A stretch of DNA of 64,000 bases from Octopus vulgaris (Eukaryota): NCBI GenBank assembly GCA_951406725.2, contig OX597821.1:8556001-8620000 (forward strand). The letters are read 5' to 3'. A program made the position numbers and the translations under genes. Below, in pieces: positions 1-15,343 of this stretch (the stretch's first letter is position 1; each line of letters begins with the position of its first letter). A model generated the notes under the pieces. That model did not search any database, was not told the DNA's origin, and saw only the letters and a program-made list of their open reading frames with translations.

Positions 1-765
1 ATTCACATTACCTTGGATCCGGAACAATGGATCCTGACCAAAGAAATCATTCCCCACACTATTAAACCTCCCACGAAGTTCCACTGATTTCTTCACGCAT
101 TTAGGGAGCAATCTTTCACTTTTGTGACGTCTCTCGTATTGTCTACCATCGGAGCCAAGCAAATTGAACCTGCTTTTGTCATTGAAGAACACACACAACC
201 AGATGTCGTCTGCCCAAAGTACATGATCATTGGCAAAGGCTAACCTCGTTTTTTTGGTCTTCATACTTATGACACCTTTAATGGTGGGGGAACAGACATG
301 AAGTTCATTTTAATTCAAATGACAAGCCATAGTCTTCCGAGACACATTCGTTCCGTAATCACGATTACCTGGCGAGAAAATCCTGCATCATTATCAAAAT
401 TGTCTCTTAACGACAGCCTCTGAATCATGTGGTCTTGCCGAACACTTGTTTTTCGTGGTCTCCCTCGTTTTTCTAACAACACAAACTTGTTTCTTCATAA
501 AACTCGAGTATTCTTGAAACAAGATTCTTTGATCTGTTAATGTCTCTGGCGATAGCAGAAATTGTCATTCCTTCTTTTTTCAGTCCGGTCACTCGCTTCC
601 TGAGGCTTTCATCAACTTTACGTTGGCTTTCCATGGTTGTTAATTCACTACCGTTCAATATAAATCTTCGCACTGTTACGTCAACTTAGTTTACATCGGT
701 CGGAGTGCTGTTAGATTTTACTTTTTGAATTTTACACCATGCGTTCTCTAATTTTGTCCATGTAC
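1..765 (-). pseudogene. Decayed Tc1-family transposase (N-terminal HTH and start of DDE domain), running off the window start
   Basis: ORF 473-673 is HTH-like (LKKEGMTISAIARDINRSKNLVSRIL). Minus-strand translation near 60-200 gives VFFNDKSRFNLLGSDGRQYERRHKSERLLPKCVKKSV...LIVWGMIS, matching the Tc1 FSDESKFNLFGSDG...VMVWG region. Frameshifted. Confidence 0.85.
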
Positions 766-959
766 TTTTCAAATAAACATTTTCTCTATTATCAGTTGTT
801 TAGTTATTAATCATTTCCTGTAAAACTTATTGTAAGTAATGAATACACTTTAAAGTATGTACCGTAAAAATTCCATTTGGTAAAATGAAGTATTAGGTTG
901 TTCCGAAAATAATGGCTGATTTCAGAGATATAATTTTATTCTGGAAAAATTAACAATAG

Positions 960-1690
960 AAAGGTTTTGATTAGTCAAAGTATGAGCCGTGAACATCTAT
1001 GCATCTCTGCCATCGATCAACGAGATTATTTATGCCTCGTTGATAAAAACTTATTGGCTCTGATGCTAAAATATCTTTGAAAGCTGATTCTACCTCTGGT
1101 TTGGACCTGAAAGTTTTATTACTTAAAAACGTGTTTAAATGCTTAAAAAATAGTAGTCAGTGGGCGAAAGATCAGGAGAATATGGAGGATGCGGCAAAGT
1201 TTCGTATCCTAAGTCTGTGAGTTTCTGCAGCGTCATTCTTGCAACATGTGGCTTTTCATTATCGTAGAGCAGAATTGGGAGGCGCCGATTCACCAATACA
1301 GGTCTCATTTTTTTGCAAGTGAGTATGCATTTCAGCGAGTTGATTGCAGTAATCCTCTGTTGTAATGCTCTGATTAGCTCCCAGAAAGCTGTAATAGACA
1401 ACACGAATTGCAGACCACAAGACAGGCACCATAATATTTTGCTGATGCAACTTTGGCTTTGGAAATGTTTGGGGGACTCATCACGGTCAAGCCATTGACC
1501 TGATGGTTTACGGTTATCATAAAGGATTCATTTTTCGTCACAAGTGACTATTCGGTCAAGAAAAGGATCAATGGTGATTCACAGAAAGAGTATCGAAAAT
1601 ATATCAAAACGCCGTTCTTTTTGATTTTTATGGAGCTCATGAATTGCCCATTTATCGAGATTTTCACCATACCAATCTTCTGCTGTGTGA
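960..1690 (-). pseudogene. Decayed mariner transposase, 3' two-thirds
   Basis: Motifs WAIHEL (WVPHEL-like), FLDRIVTCDEK, LLYDNEKPH and LPHPPYSPDLSPTDYYF across broken frames. Confidence 0.9.
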
Positions 1691-2940
1691 GACCGTTGCA
1701 TTACCGACACCAAGTATGTAAATTCCGATAGGAGTTCATATTTTGTCATTACAAATGGAAAGTGTAGAGACGTAGATTCCATGTGCTGTTCATTCAAAGG
1801 GATCTTGTGGTGTGAATAAAGGTTTGAGAATGTAGTGGTTGTATTAAGTACGTAGAGAGGAGAGAAAAGTTGTGTATGTTAAAATTAGGAGTTTGGTCAA
1901 AAGGAATAAGTGAGGAAAGAAGAAAGAGAAAGAGAAAGTGAGAAAAGGAGTGTTGGTGGTCAAAATATTATAAAGGGGTGGAAGAGGAGTAGGGGAGGGA
2001 TAAGAAGAGATAAGAATGTAAGGAAGAAATAGGTGTGAGGAGAGGGAGGTGGGTTGATATGTTTGAAAGGCACTAAGGTTGAGGGATAGGTAAAGAAAAC
2101 GGTACAGGTGTGGTCATAAAGTGATTAGTAAACCTCAAAACGGAAGGGAAGAATAATAGGATATAATGGTCAAGTTTTTTTAAAATAGACAGAAGTGTTT
2201 ATTGTATTGGCTAATGTGATAGTGAGGGTTGAGGAATCAAAGAGAGAAAGAAAGAAGTGTATATTGATATACGTACGCGATTGCACACATACATATACGT
2301 CTCCACAATGCACTACCATGTAACTGCCACCTTGGGACCATCTACCCCTACAAAACCGTTACAGAGGGTGTAACGTAATTTATAAATGCACTGTTTTTAA
2401 CAGGTTACACAATTCTACAACCATATATATAGGATCAACTATAAATTATAAACATCGATACGCTGCACATCTCAACTATTTTAGATATGAGAAAGACAGT
2501 AAATCCATAACACTCGCTAGTCTCATACAATATCTCAAAAATAGAAGTATTCCATACATCTTGTCACGGTCCATAATAGGTTCAGGTCTTCCATACCAGG
2601 GTCAACGCTCAGCCTGTAAGTTATGCCTAAAAGAGGCATTCCATATATTAAAGCACAACTCTTCAATACTATTATATAAATATAATGAGGCTCGAGGTAC
2701 ATGCAACCACTGCTGTTTTCATACCTTCAAATTTAACCACAAATCTAAATGCAACCTAAATCACCACACAGTACATATCCCGAACACCCCTTAGATAATC
2801 TCCAGCAACCTATTTGATTTTCCATTGCGTCCGTTTTTAATTTTTTAACTCTCCAATCTTATTTTTAATTGTTTAATAATACTTATATGGGCATGTATAC
2901 ATACATATATGTGTGGAGGTCTGTGGATGTATGTATATAT

Positions 2941-3167
2941 TTCTTTATTGCCCACAAGGGGCTAAACATAGAGGGGGCAAACAAGGACAGACAAACGGAT
3001 TAAGTCGATTACATCGACCCCAGTGCGTAACTGGTACTTAATTTATCGATCCCGAAAGGATGAAAGGCAAAGTCGACCTCGGCGGAATTTGAACTCAGAA
3101 CGTAACGGCAGACGAAATACAGCTACCCATTTCGCCCGGCGTGCTAACGTTTCTGCCAGTTCGCCGC
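2941..3167 (-). mobile_element. tRNA-derived SINE (family B, Nin/Deu-like central domain) inserted in the Penelope element
   Basis: Near-identical to 8940-9170 and 11725-11947. Flanked by a 20-bp direct repeat ctgtggatgtatgtatatat (2921-2940, 3168-3187). Confidence 0.9.
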
Positions 3168-4168
3168 CTGTGGATGTATGTATATATGTGCGTGTGTGTA
3201 TATGTATGTATATATACATATGTATGTATGTACATGTATGTGTGTATATGTACGCATGTGCATGTGTGTATGTATATATCTATGTGTGTGTGTGTGCATA
3301 TATATATATGCATATATGCGTATGGGTTTAAGTATATAAGTATGCGGGCTTATATAATAGTGCATATACACACGTATATGTATGTGTGCAATCGAGTGAG
3401 TATATCAATATACACTTCTTTCTTTCGGTCTCTGATTCCTCAACCCCCACTATTCCATTGGGTAGTACAATAAACTCATCCATCTACTTTTAGAAACTTG
3501 ACAATTGTATCTTATTATTCTTCCCTTCCTTTTTGAGGTTTACTACTCACTTTATAACCATCCTTTGTACCATTTTTTATACCACCTTATTGTCTTTTCA
3601 ACATATCACTTCAGTTCCCACTCCTCACACACATTCCTTCCTTATATTCTTATCTCTTCCGATCCCTCCCCTACCCCTATCTCACTCCTTCATAATATCT
3701 TGACCACCAACTAACACTTCTTTTTTCATTTTCTCTTCCTCTTTCCTTCTTTTTTCTTTCTTCTTTCCTCACCTATTCCTTTTGACCATTCTCCTCATTT
3801 TAGCATTCACGTCTTTTCTCTCTTCTCTAGCTACTCAATACCACCACTACATTCTCAAAATTTGATTAACACCACATGACCCCTTTGAATCAACTGCACA
3901 TGGAATCTACGTCTCCACACTTTCCATTTCTAATAACAAAATATGAACTCCTATCGGAATTTACTTACCATGGACAAGAAGCATTTCTATCACTTCTACA
4001 CACAACTTTCCTTGGATAATGGAGCTGCAACTATAACATCCTACATATATTTTTATTTTTACCATTATTCTCTTATTTACCATTATTTTCTTATTTACCC
4101 TTATACTTCTTATTTCAATCCTTTTCCAAAATAACTCTTCTATTTTCCTCTTTGCAACCATATCACAT

Positions 4169-4218
4169 CGGCTCTGATGAAGGGATATCCCTAATATCTC
4201 AGAAACAGTTGCAAGACT
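4169..4218 (+). ncRNA. Degenerate type I hammerhead ribozyme in Penelope pLTR
   Basis: CTGATGA, stem II GGGATAT/ATATCTC, then GAAACAGTTGCA. The cleavage triplet is mutated (GCA), so it is probably inactive. Confidence 0.6.
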
Positions 4219-4334
4219 AATTTTCTCTTTATAAATGTCCTGTAAATTCCATGCAGATTCGGCTTTGTTGTCTCATTTTATTTCACACACACACATACAC
4301 ACTCACACACACACATACACACTCACACACATAT

Positions 4335-4397
<63 letters not shown>

Positions 4398-4439
4398 CAT
4401 GCCTATATATTTGTATGTATACATACATATTATTTATTC

Positions 4440-4776
4440 TATCATTCTATTACTTGTTTCAGTCATTTTGACTGCGACCATGCTGGAGCACCGCCTTAAA
4501 GGGTTTTTTGTCGAAGAAATCTACTTTGTACGCCTAGTACTTCTTCTATCGGATCTTTTGTCGAGCCGGTAAATTACGGGGACGTAAACACACCAATATC
4601 GGTTGTGAAGGCATGGTGGGGGGACAAACACAGACATAAAGATAAAAACACATAAATATATACATATTTTTGGTCGGCCCGAGGCTATAGTAGAAGACAC
4701 TTGCCCAAGGTTCCACGCAGTGGGACTGAACCCGGGACCATGTAGTTGGGAAGCAAGCTTCTTACCGCACAGCCAT
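4440..4776 (-). mobile_element. SINE family A (tRNA-derived), internally deleted copy
   Basis: Homologous to 13000-13409 (ggttcagtcccactgcgtgg...ggtgctccagcatgg...tgactgaaacaagt). Confidence 0.85.
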
Positions 4777-4946
4777 ATATTGGGAGCATATTCGAAATGA
4801 TATAATTCGAAATAGAGCGGAGTGAACACTGTGATTGCAAAATAGCGAAAGCACAAGTTTCGCCAGACCTGATATAACGCAAACTTCATGGAGAAAAAAG
4901 TGGAGTCGTGCAGTTGCCTAGTGACTCCAAAAAATATATATATATA

Positions 4947-5169
4947 TTCGAGGTGGGACTGAAAAGTTCCCCTGCTTTGTGTAAAAGAAAATACAAGAGG
5001 ATTAGTTAATTATGATTTTATTCAACGTATTCCCCTCTCAGAATCTCACACTTATCGTAGCGGTCTTTCAGTTTTTCCAAGGACTGTGAAAGATCTCTGA
5101 AGACTGGGCCCCTAGCTAGGCCTTTCGAGAAACCGTTACAGCTAGGAAAGATTCAGCATCCCCTCGTAT
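4947..5169. mobile_element. About 220-bp mariner-type MITE
   Basis: Imperfect terminal inverted repeats (TIRs; cgaggtgggactgaaaagttcc / ggaaagattcagcatcccctcg) in TA context. A second copy lies at 29913-30107. Confidence 0.65.
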
Positions 5170-5232
5170 ATACGTGTGTGTACATATGTATATATATATT
5201 TTAATGTTTATACATACATAATATATACATAC

Positions 5233-5327
<95 letters not shown>

Positions 5328-5939
5328 TTGAAATTTATGCATATACACATACATGTATACACATATATACATACTTATAAAAACACATATATATTCTTTA
5401 AATGTCAACTATTTGATAGGGAAAGGCCGTATCATTTAAAACTTACTTTTCTGCATATCCGAGTTGTAATGAACCAAACTTATAATTAAATAAAGGTAAA
5501 ATTCCAGTAGCAGAAATGATATCAAGCAGATATAGTGAATGGCATAAGAATAGGTCATCTCTTGATATTTATCTCCAACCTACCGCGATCAGCAAAATCT
5601 GTAGAACGGCTGACAAAAATGATTTTACAGAATATATTTTCGCTATTTTACGGTCTGAGTTCGATGCCGTGTATCATCTATCTAATGGTTGATATAACTA
5701 GTGCAAGTGCTAATGAAATAATAGGGTATCCATTTAATAAATTATACATCTCCGAAGATTTTGGCTTTTTGTACTAAGCTTGAAATCAAAATTCACTTAT
5801 TCACCTCAATGCATTCGTTATATGTAATAATACTAAAGTACCGAGGTTGCTGTCTGAAGATGTTCTCACATATCATAAAGTTGTTATAGATCAATATTTT
5901 TCAGTTGAGTGATTCAGTTTATACATCTTGCAACCACGT

Positions 5940-6305
5940 GGTTTCGGTCATTAGGCTGTGGCTATGCTGGAGTACTACCTTGAAGAAATTAAGTCGATTG
6001 AATGACCCCAGTATTTATTTTTTTAAGCCTGGTACTTATTTTATCGGGCCCTTAAGCTGGACCGTTAAGCTACGGGAACGTAAAGACGCCAACAACAGCT
6101 GTCAAGCGATGGTGGGGGACAAACACAAACACACACACATATATACGACAGGCTTCTTTCATTTTCCGTCCACCAAACCTACACAAAAAGCTTTAATTGG
6201 TCCGAGGTTATAGTAGAAGACACTTGTTCAAGGTGCGACTCAGTGGGAATGAACCAGGAACCATGTGGTTGGGGAGCAAGCTTAGCACACAGCTACGCCT
6301 ACCTC
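5940..6305 (-). mobile_element. SINE family A, diverged
   Basis: Homologous to 13000-13409 over head and tail. Confidence 0.8.
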
Positions 6306-6396
6306 ATAAAACAGGGCGAATTTAACAACTTCTCAATAGACGATAGAGACAATGAAAAACCTTAATCAATATTGGACTCTTATTATTGGTGGTGGA

Positions 6397-6950
6397 TCAG
6401 GTCATCCCATAAGTTCTGTCCGAATTTTGAATAAAGAAAACAAGTGGTCAAATGATATATTTAATTGAAATTTAATCATCATTCCCTGATTATCTATGAC
6501 TTCCTTCCATCAACTCTTTTGGTTTCAAAGCGAAGAACTCTGAAATGTTAGTTTCGACCCCCTCCTGGTTTGCGAAGTTATGTCCTCCAAATGATTCTGT
6601 AAACTATGAAACAAATGGTAGTCTGAAGGAGCAAGGTCGCAAGAATAAGGTGGATGAGGAATTTTTTCCCAACCAAGCTCTTCGATCTTCTGTGATGTGA
6701 TCTTTGCAGTGTGGGGTCGCGCACTGTCTTGATGAAACATCACTCCTTTTCGATTTACTAAAGCGGGCCTCTTTTTCTTCAAAGCTTGGTTCAAACGTTC
6801 TAATTGCTGACTCGAGCATTAACTGTTGCATTAGGTGGTAACAATTCAAAGTGAATTATCCCTTTGCAATCCCACCAGATAGAGAGAAGAACCTTTTTTC
6901 CATGAAGTTCCCTTCTCAGTTGTTGTTGAGCATTTCCTCTTTTACCAAGC
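6397..6950 (-). pseudogene. Mariner 3' half with terminal inverted repeat
   Basis: ORF 6525-6794 contains FHQDSARPH...PHPPYSCDLAPSDYHLF. TIR tcaggtcatcccataagttct at 6397. Confidence 0.9.
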
Positions 6951-7213
6951 TTCTATTTTTTACTCTATTACTTGTTCAGTCATGCTGGAGCACCGCCTTT
7001 AGTCGACCCCAGGGCTTATTCTTTGTAAGCCTAGTACTTATTTTATCTGTCCCTTTTGCCGAATCGCTAAGTTACGGGGACGTAAACACACCAGCATCGG
7101 GGACAAACACAGACACACAAACATATACACATACATACATGCATACATACATACATACATACATACACACATACACACATACATACACACACATACATAC
7201 ATACATACATACA

Positions 7214-7249
<36 letters not shown>

Positions 7250-7459
7250 TATATATTTTGTGAAATAGAAAGATGAATAATCTTGTTGCAGATTAATCAA
7301 AAGTTTAACCGATACCTTGGTAGCAAAAATCACAGCAGAAGACAGCACTATTGGAGGTACAACCATATGGTATTGCAACCGTGCGTTGGTGCGATAAACG
7401 AATGCAATAAAACGATTTCTGTTCAATCTTCGTTCAACTCCATTTCTTCAATTCACTAA

Positions 7460-7850
<391 letters not shown>

Positions 7851-7998
7851 TGCCTCTTCCCCTCTCTCACTCGCTTCCCTCTCTCCAACTATTTCAAAAC
7901 GTTTTGTCTTCTATATTTATTTTGAAACTGTTGTCTTTGCGTTCTACTTGAAGCAAATAAAGAAATTTTCATCTTTAGAATTATTATGCCGTATTGAA

Positions 7999-8001
<3 letters not shown>

Positions 8002-8059
<58 letters not shown>

Positions 8060-8361
8060 GTTATCGTTATTATTATTATGGTTATTATTCGTATTAGTAT
8101 TGTTATAAAAAAGCAATACTTAAGTCAGAACTATTATCATTCATTTTATTATTATTACAATTATAATTCTTCTTATTGTTGTTGTTGTTGTTGTTTTAGT
8201 AGCAGCAGTGAGAAATAGAAAAAAAAAATAGTGTTGAGTGTTTTGTAATGAGATTTGCTGAAGTGCTTCAGGGAAATTGGTGACTGGATACAGAGAATTT
8301 CTGTGGAACAAAGGGACACGATAAGAGAATTCTGTTTCATTTTGTTAAATAACAACAGCAG

Positions 8362-8392
<31 letters not shown>

Positions 8393-9916
8393 AGCAGCGC
8401 TTGCTACAGCAATGCAATATTCAATAACGCCACCGCGACAACCACAGCAATCACCATCCCTACCATGACCATAGACACCATCAACAACAGCAGCAATAAC
8501 AGCAACTGTTGTGATAACGACGAGAACCAATAGCAGGAACACTAGTACCGCAAGAACGACAAGAACAACAGTACGGAGTAGGACAGTGTTACATTTACTA
8601 CCAGCACCACCAGCACCGCCACCACCATCATCCTCACCACCACCACCACCACCACAACCACCACAACCACCACCACCACCACCATTACCACAATCACGAC
8701 GATGACGACGACGACCACCACCATCACCATCACAGACACCACCACCACCTCCACCACCACCACCTCCACCACCACCATCAACAACAACAGCAACAACAAC
8801 AGTAACAATAACTAACAACAGCAACGCCACTACTACCACCAACAACAACGACAGCAACACCACCACCACCACCACCATTAACAACAACACCAAGAAGACA
8901 CTTTTACCGACTATACTCGATATCTACAGCGCCACTACCTATTTCTTTACTACCCACAAGGGGCTAAACACAGAGGGAACAAACAAGGACAGACAAACGG
9001 ATTAAGTCGATTATATCGAGCCCAGTGCGTAACTGGTACTTATTTAATCGACCCTCTTAAGGATGAAAGGCAAAGTCGACCTCGGCGGAATTTGAACTCA
9101 GAACGTAACGGCAGACGAAATACGGCTACGCATTTCGCCCGGCGTGCTAACGTTTCTGCCAACTCGCCGCCACTACCATCACCACAAACAGTAATACTAG
9201 CAACAATTCCCTGACACTAACACCACTAGCACCTTTAGCACCATCACCATCATCGCCATCACAACAAACATTAATACCCCAACGCCATCATCGCCGCAAA
9301 GAATTACAACAAAAATAGTGATTCTACAATGAAAGCTCTTACACCAAAATCACCATAGCAATTAAATCATTACCACCACAAACAACAACAGCAATAACAA
9401 TAACAACGCTGTAGTCGCTCGATTGCTGGATATAGCTGCCAAATGCCTCTTTAAATCACACCTTACCGTCTTGAATACAGATAAAACAAGATTAATTTTG
9501 TAATCTTGTTTCTCTGGAAATGAAACGAGATAGACATGATTGAAACACTTCCATCTTAGTTTCGATTGATTAGACTTGAGTTGAGACTTGAGTTGAGACT
9601 ACACTAGCCACAGCTCCCACCGACACCACAGCCACCACCACGAAGACCGCCAACACCACCACTAATATCGCCCTCATCACTGTCATCGTCACTGCCACTA
9701 CCGTCATCGTCACTGAAACTAACACCACCACCTACACCGTTTCCATCTCCCCAACCATACAAGCACAAGCACGAATGTCACCACCGCGAATAACACCAGC
9801 AGCACTGAGACGTTTATCACCATCACCAACACTAGAAGCATCACTGGCACTAACTTTACCATCACCACCACCGCCACCAGCACCAGCACCACCAGCACCA
9901 GTACCAGCACCAGCAC

Positions 9917-9952
<36 letters not shown>

Positions 9953-10025
9953 CAGCAGCAGCAACAACAACAATTGCAGTTGCAGCAACAACACTAGCAA
10001 TAATGAAACAGCAGCAGCACCAAAG
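8002..10025. repeat. Compound trinucleotide low-complexity region: (ATT)n, (CAG)n, (CAC)n, (CAA)n, (CAT)n
   Basis: Direct reading. Interrupted by a SINE at 8940-9170. Confidence 0.9.
8940..9170 (-). mobile_element. SINE family B
   Basis: Near-identical to 2941-3167. Short ccactacc direct repeat on both flanks. Confidence 0.9.
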
Positions 10026-11529
10026 ATAATTCTTTGTAATGTTGACGCAAGGTCGGCAATTTTGAGGGGCTGGGGTAAGCAGATCTTATGGGCTCTAGTA
10101 CACCACTAGACCCCGAAACGTTGAAAGACAATATCAACCACGGCGAAATTTGAATCCAAAACACAAGAAACTGGAAGAAATGCCTCTAGGCATTTTGTCC
10201 TACGTGTTCAGATTCTGTTAGCGCGCCATCAATAATTAACTAAAAAGAAAAGGGCAATTATACCAGCATCTGTTTTTGCAAGAGAGTTCACTGAGTACAG
10301 AAATATGTATCTATGAATATAGTTTCTCTTATTAAAACAAAATAATTAAAAAAACAAACCAAAAGATTAGGTGTGACATTAATTTCGCATCCTTCAGCTT
10401 TATATATTATTATTTTTCTTTTTGGCTTCTTTTTAGATTACTTCCTCACACCAGAAATCTCACGGAACTTTCAACAGTCTGATGTTCAGAAGAAAAAAAT
10501 CCCCACCCCCCCAAATGGAGTGAAAACAAAGAGGTAACGTCTTATAGAACTTTCTTCTGCTTCGTAAATGGAAAACAAAAGATAAAGATGAAGGGTTCAG
10601 TACCAGATCTCCCTCCCGAGACAACGCCTTAATAACCCCCAAGAATATCTACAGAAAATAAGTGTTATATATATTATGATATTGGAGGTGATGGATTGTT
10701 ACATACTAAAAATATTTCAGAAACAGACAGTGAACTGACATCGTGTGATCCACATCTGGCAGGATGGTTCGGATAGATAATTTTGGGTTAAGATCAGATA
10801 TGGTTATGACAAAAAAAATCCGTTTCAGTGAAATCAGATGATTATTTTTGTTATTTCAAAGGTTCCTGGTTACATACTTCACGAGAATGAAGCATTTTGA
10901 GGAAGTGGCTTCTGTGCAGCTCGTAGAACGCAACCAGAAACTGTGTGAAAGTCTTGTTGTATCCATCCATCCATCATCCATCCATCCATCCATCCATCCA
11001 TCCATCCATCCATCCATCCATACATACATACACATGTGTGTGTCTTTGTGCTTGTGTTTGTTTTCCCTATACTACTTGACAACTGGTGTTGGTTCGTTTA
11101 CGTCTCCGCAACCTAGAAGTTCGGTAAAAGAAACTGATAGAATAAGTACTATATTTAAAAAAAAATAACTAAAGTGATCGATTTGTTACCCATCAGGGCT
11201 GTGTTCCACTATGGCTGTTGTCCAATGACTGAAACAAGTAAAAGGTATAGATTTTGATTCCAGCCGAGACCACAAATTTTTCTCAGCGAAAATAGCATTA
11301 ATGACTGGAAAAAAAAATCAGAAGAAAAAGTGAAAACACTTGAATAAAGCCGACTCCACAGACATTCTATGATGAAGTTCAATATTCTTGTAAGGAATCT
11401 TTTTTTTTATGTTGATATGGAATTGGAAAAAAGAAGCAAATGCAGGAGAATAAGAAATGCTGGACGGAACTCTTGTGCTGGTTGTAGTCGTGGAAATCGT
11501 TTAATGATAGTAAAGAGACCATTACCTGT

Positions 11530-12090
11530 GTCTGAGTGGCACTCTGTCGCCTGTGACGACACGGGTTCCAGTTGATCCGATAAACAAAACAGCCTGCTCA
11601 TGAAATTAACTGGCAAGTGGCTGAGCACTCTACCCACAAGTGTACCCTTAAAGTAGTTCTCGGGGAGATTCAGTGTGACACAAAATGTGACAACGCTGAT
11701 CCTTTGAAATACCGGTAATACTCAGCTGGCAGAAACGTTAGCACGCCGGGCGAAATGCTTAGCGGTATTTCGTCTGCCGTTGCGTTCTGAGTTCAAATTC
11801 CGCCGAGGTCAACTTTGCCTTTCATCCTTTCGGGGTCGATAAATTAAGTACCAGTCACGCACTGGGGTCGATGTAATCGACTTAATACTTATGTCAGTCC
11901 TTGTTTGTCCCCTCTGTGTTTAGCCCCTTGTGGGCAATAAAGAAATAGGTAATACTCATATTCGCCAGCTTAATGGACTGGAGAAAACGTGAAATGTCTT
12001 GCTTAAGGACATAACGCGCCAAACTCGCGAATCGAACTCGTGATCTTACGATGGTGAGCCGAATCCTCAAACCACTGAGTCACGTGCCTT
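11530..12090 (-). mobile_element. Older tRNA-derived SINE (family C) split by a nested family B SINE
   Basis: Tail 11530-11713 and head 11959-12090 are homologous to 36608-36934 and to the tail of 38454-38841. Confidence 0.8.
11725..11947 (+). mobile_element. SINE family B nested in SINE family C
   Basis: 11-bp TSD ggtaatactca at 11714-11724 and 11948-11958. Confidence 0.9.
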
Positions 12091-12099
12091 CAAGAAGAG

Positions 12100-12830
12100 A
12101 TTATTAGGACAATGCATTGCATGAAGGAGTTTTAGAAATAATGGAACTTTTACAATTTAATTTACTTTTGACAGACCACCGTAACGAATTTAGCACTCCT
12201 GGTAATGGTAAACAGGAATCTGCCAAGTACTTTTTAGTTTGTATAGATTCAACGCTAAATCTGACTCATGCTGACCACCTAACCGTTATTACATAATATG
12301 TTGTTTCTGGAAAGAAATGTTTGTAGCTTTCCTATAAACTGAATCTGACAAGGTTGAAGTAGTAGCTACATCTCTTCTAAGATTTCTTAGAAAGCAATGT
12401 ATTAATTTTGAACAGGGAACAAGCAGTCCTACTATAATGCCATCAGTTTATTCGTATATTATACAAGAATGTAAGCCAGAGTTGAGAATCTCATTCTCTC
12501 TACTGCTCACTCATAGAATCGTACTTGACAGGCGGCAACCACTTGCTGTGTTAAAGTTGTTGCTTATTTTGATTTCATACAATTATTATATGCTTGTTTT
12601 ATTGCGTCAACACACTGGCAGGAAAACATAATGGAGTCTTTAGAAACAAATAAGCAGCAGTAACTGTGAAATTCCTGTCAGACAATCGGTCAATAACGGC
12701 TTTTGCTACTCAAAGCCTTGATGAATACAACCGTTTTCAAAATGAACTCAGAAACATCAAAAGAAATAGGCAGTTGGGTTTATATTAATTCTTCAAGACG
12801 TAACTCAATGCAGAACAGAACATAGAATCC
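12100..12830 (+). pseudogene. Highly decayed hAT transposase fragment
   Basis: AKYFLVCIDSTLNLTHADHLTVI resembles the hAT YSISVDSTPDISHVDQL motif. A downstream GQSYDNA-like remnant is present. Many indels. Confidence 0.55.
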
Positions 12831-12889
12831 TAGATTACATGCATATGCATACATACATACATACATACATACATACATACATACATACA

Positions 12890-12922
<33 letters not shown>

Positions 12923-12999
12923 GTGTATATTATAAGTACACAATGAAAATGTTCGTGTGCATTTGTTTTTGCGTATATATATATATATATATATATATA

Positions 13000-13512
<513 letters not shown>

Positions 13513-13602
13513 GGTGCCCCACCATGGCCACAGCTCGTGAGCTGAAACTAGAATCAATCAATCATATGAGGACGCTATATGATGTTGCCCAAGCATTTAA
13601 AT

Positions 13603-13688
<86 letters not shown>

Positions 13689-14034
13689 GCGAATATAGAT
13701 AGCCAAATAAAAAGATGAAATGTTCATACAATGTAGAATTAAATCAGCATAGGGAAAGTTTACAAATTACGTAAAGCACATTTCCTATAACATCATCGGA
13801 GATGTGTAATTATCAGGCGTAGAATTGTTGCAGACAAAATGCAATAGTTATAGTTGTAGCCATCGATGACATGGCTCGCGACTTCAGCGAATTGATAGCA
13901 ATGGAGAACAGGACAAAGAAGAGTTAAAAGAAGAACGAGAAGAAGGACACTAGCAACAATGGCGATGTAAACGACGCATACCAGCGAATAGAAAGAGTTA
14001 TCCATGCTTTTGAACACTTTCCATACAGCATGCA

Positions 14035-14081
<47 letters not shown>

Positions 14082-14100
14082 ATGTATATATATGTATATA

Positions 14101-14170
<70 letters not shown>

Positions 14171-14254
14171 TGTATGCACATATAAATGTATATATATATA
14201 TATATATGCGTATATATATGGATAGATATGTATATACATATGTATATATCTATA

Positions 14255-14359
<105 letters not shown>

Positions 14360-14448
14360 CACATATAAATGTATATATATATATATATATGCGTATATAT
14401 ATGCATATATATGTATATACATATGTATATATCTATATCTCTCTCTCC

Positions 14449-14488
<40 letters not shown>

Positions 14489-14500
14489 GCAGAGGGATAA

Positions 14501-14542
<42 letters not shown>

Positions 14543-14611
14543 CATGTGTGTGTCTCCATGTATATTTCAGAAAAGTAAAAGAATTATCATAAACCAGTAT
14601 ATTGAGTGCAA

Positions 14612-14642
<31 letters not shown>

Positions 14643-15144
14643 CACACTGTGAGTGTGTGTATATATATATGTACGTGTACACACACAAAAAGAAAAATGA
14701 GCGCTGCAAAAATACATTAATAATGGAAGCGTAGGAAGAAACTTTTTATATAAAGTTATAAATGAGATGTTTTAAGACAGAAATCTTTAAAAACAAGAAA
14801 AAATTCACATAAATAAATGAAAAATTAAAAATAAAGGAAAAGAAGACCATTATAAATAGGTGTTATTTGAATATTGCCAATAGCCAGTACAATTATTGTA
14901 GGGTGAAAAAGAAATAACTTTAACGATAGTTCTTAAGACATAGGAAATAAAGTATTTGAAATTAAAAAAAAAAAGAAATAACGAGGGATCGGAAATGAAT
15001 ATGTTCCTCGTTCTCCTCTTCTCTGTGTGTTTATCTATACCTGTCTATATATGTGTGTATGCGTGCGCATGCGCATGTCTGAGTTTGTGTTTGTGTGTGT
15101 CTGTTTATTAGGCACTTGCACACATATATATACATACATATGTA

Positions 15145-15190
<46 letters not shown>

Positions 15191-15244
15191 TGTCTATATA
15201 TGTATGGATATGCCTTCGTACGTACACACACACACGCATATATA

Positions 15245-15343
<99 letters not shown>

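Larger units (their letters stand above)
1710..4250 (+). mobile_element. 5'-truncated Penelope-like element: inverted pLTR segment, GIY-YIG endonuclease remnant, pLTR with hammerhead remnant
   Basis: About 2310-2790 translates as CNC...NVIYKCTV...IYIGST..YKHRYAAH...SIIGSGLPYQGQRSACKLCLKEAFHI...CNH, the Penelope endonuclease pattern. 1710-2300 is a diverged reverse complement of 3372-3970. HHR-like motif at 4169-4218. Confidence 0.85.

Noticed and set aside
8255-10029. Poly-Pro/Gly/Ala/Thr ORFs resembling a low-complexity protein
   Set aside because: This is a trinucleotide repeat mosaic open in several frames, with stops and a SINE insertion, and without exon structure.
13793-14035. Hydrophobic minus-strand ORF segment ([36 protein letters not shown]) resembling a signal peptide
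   Set aside because: There is no convincing splice donor or recognisable domain, and the hydrophobicity follows from the purine-rich opposite strand. Not excluded without RNA-seq.
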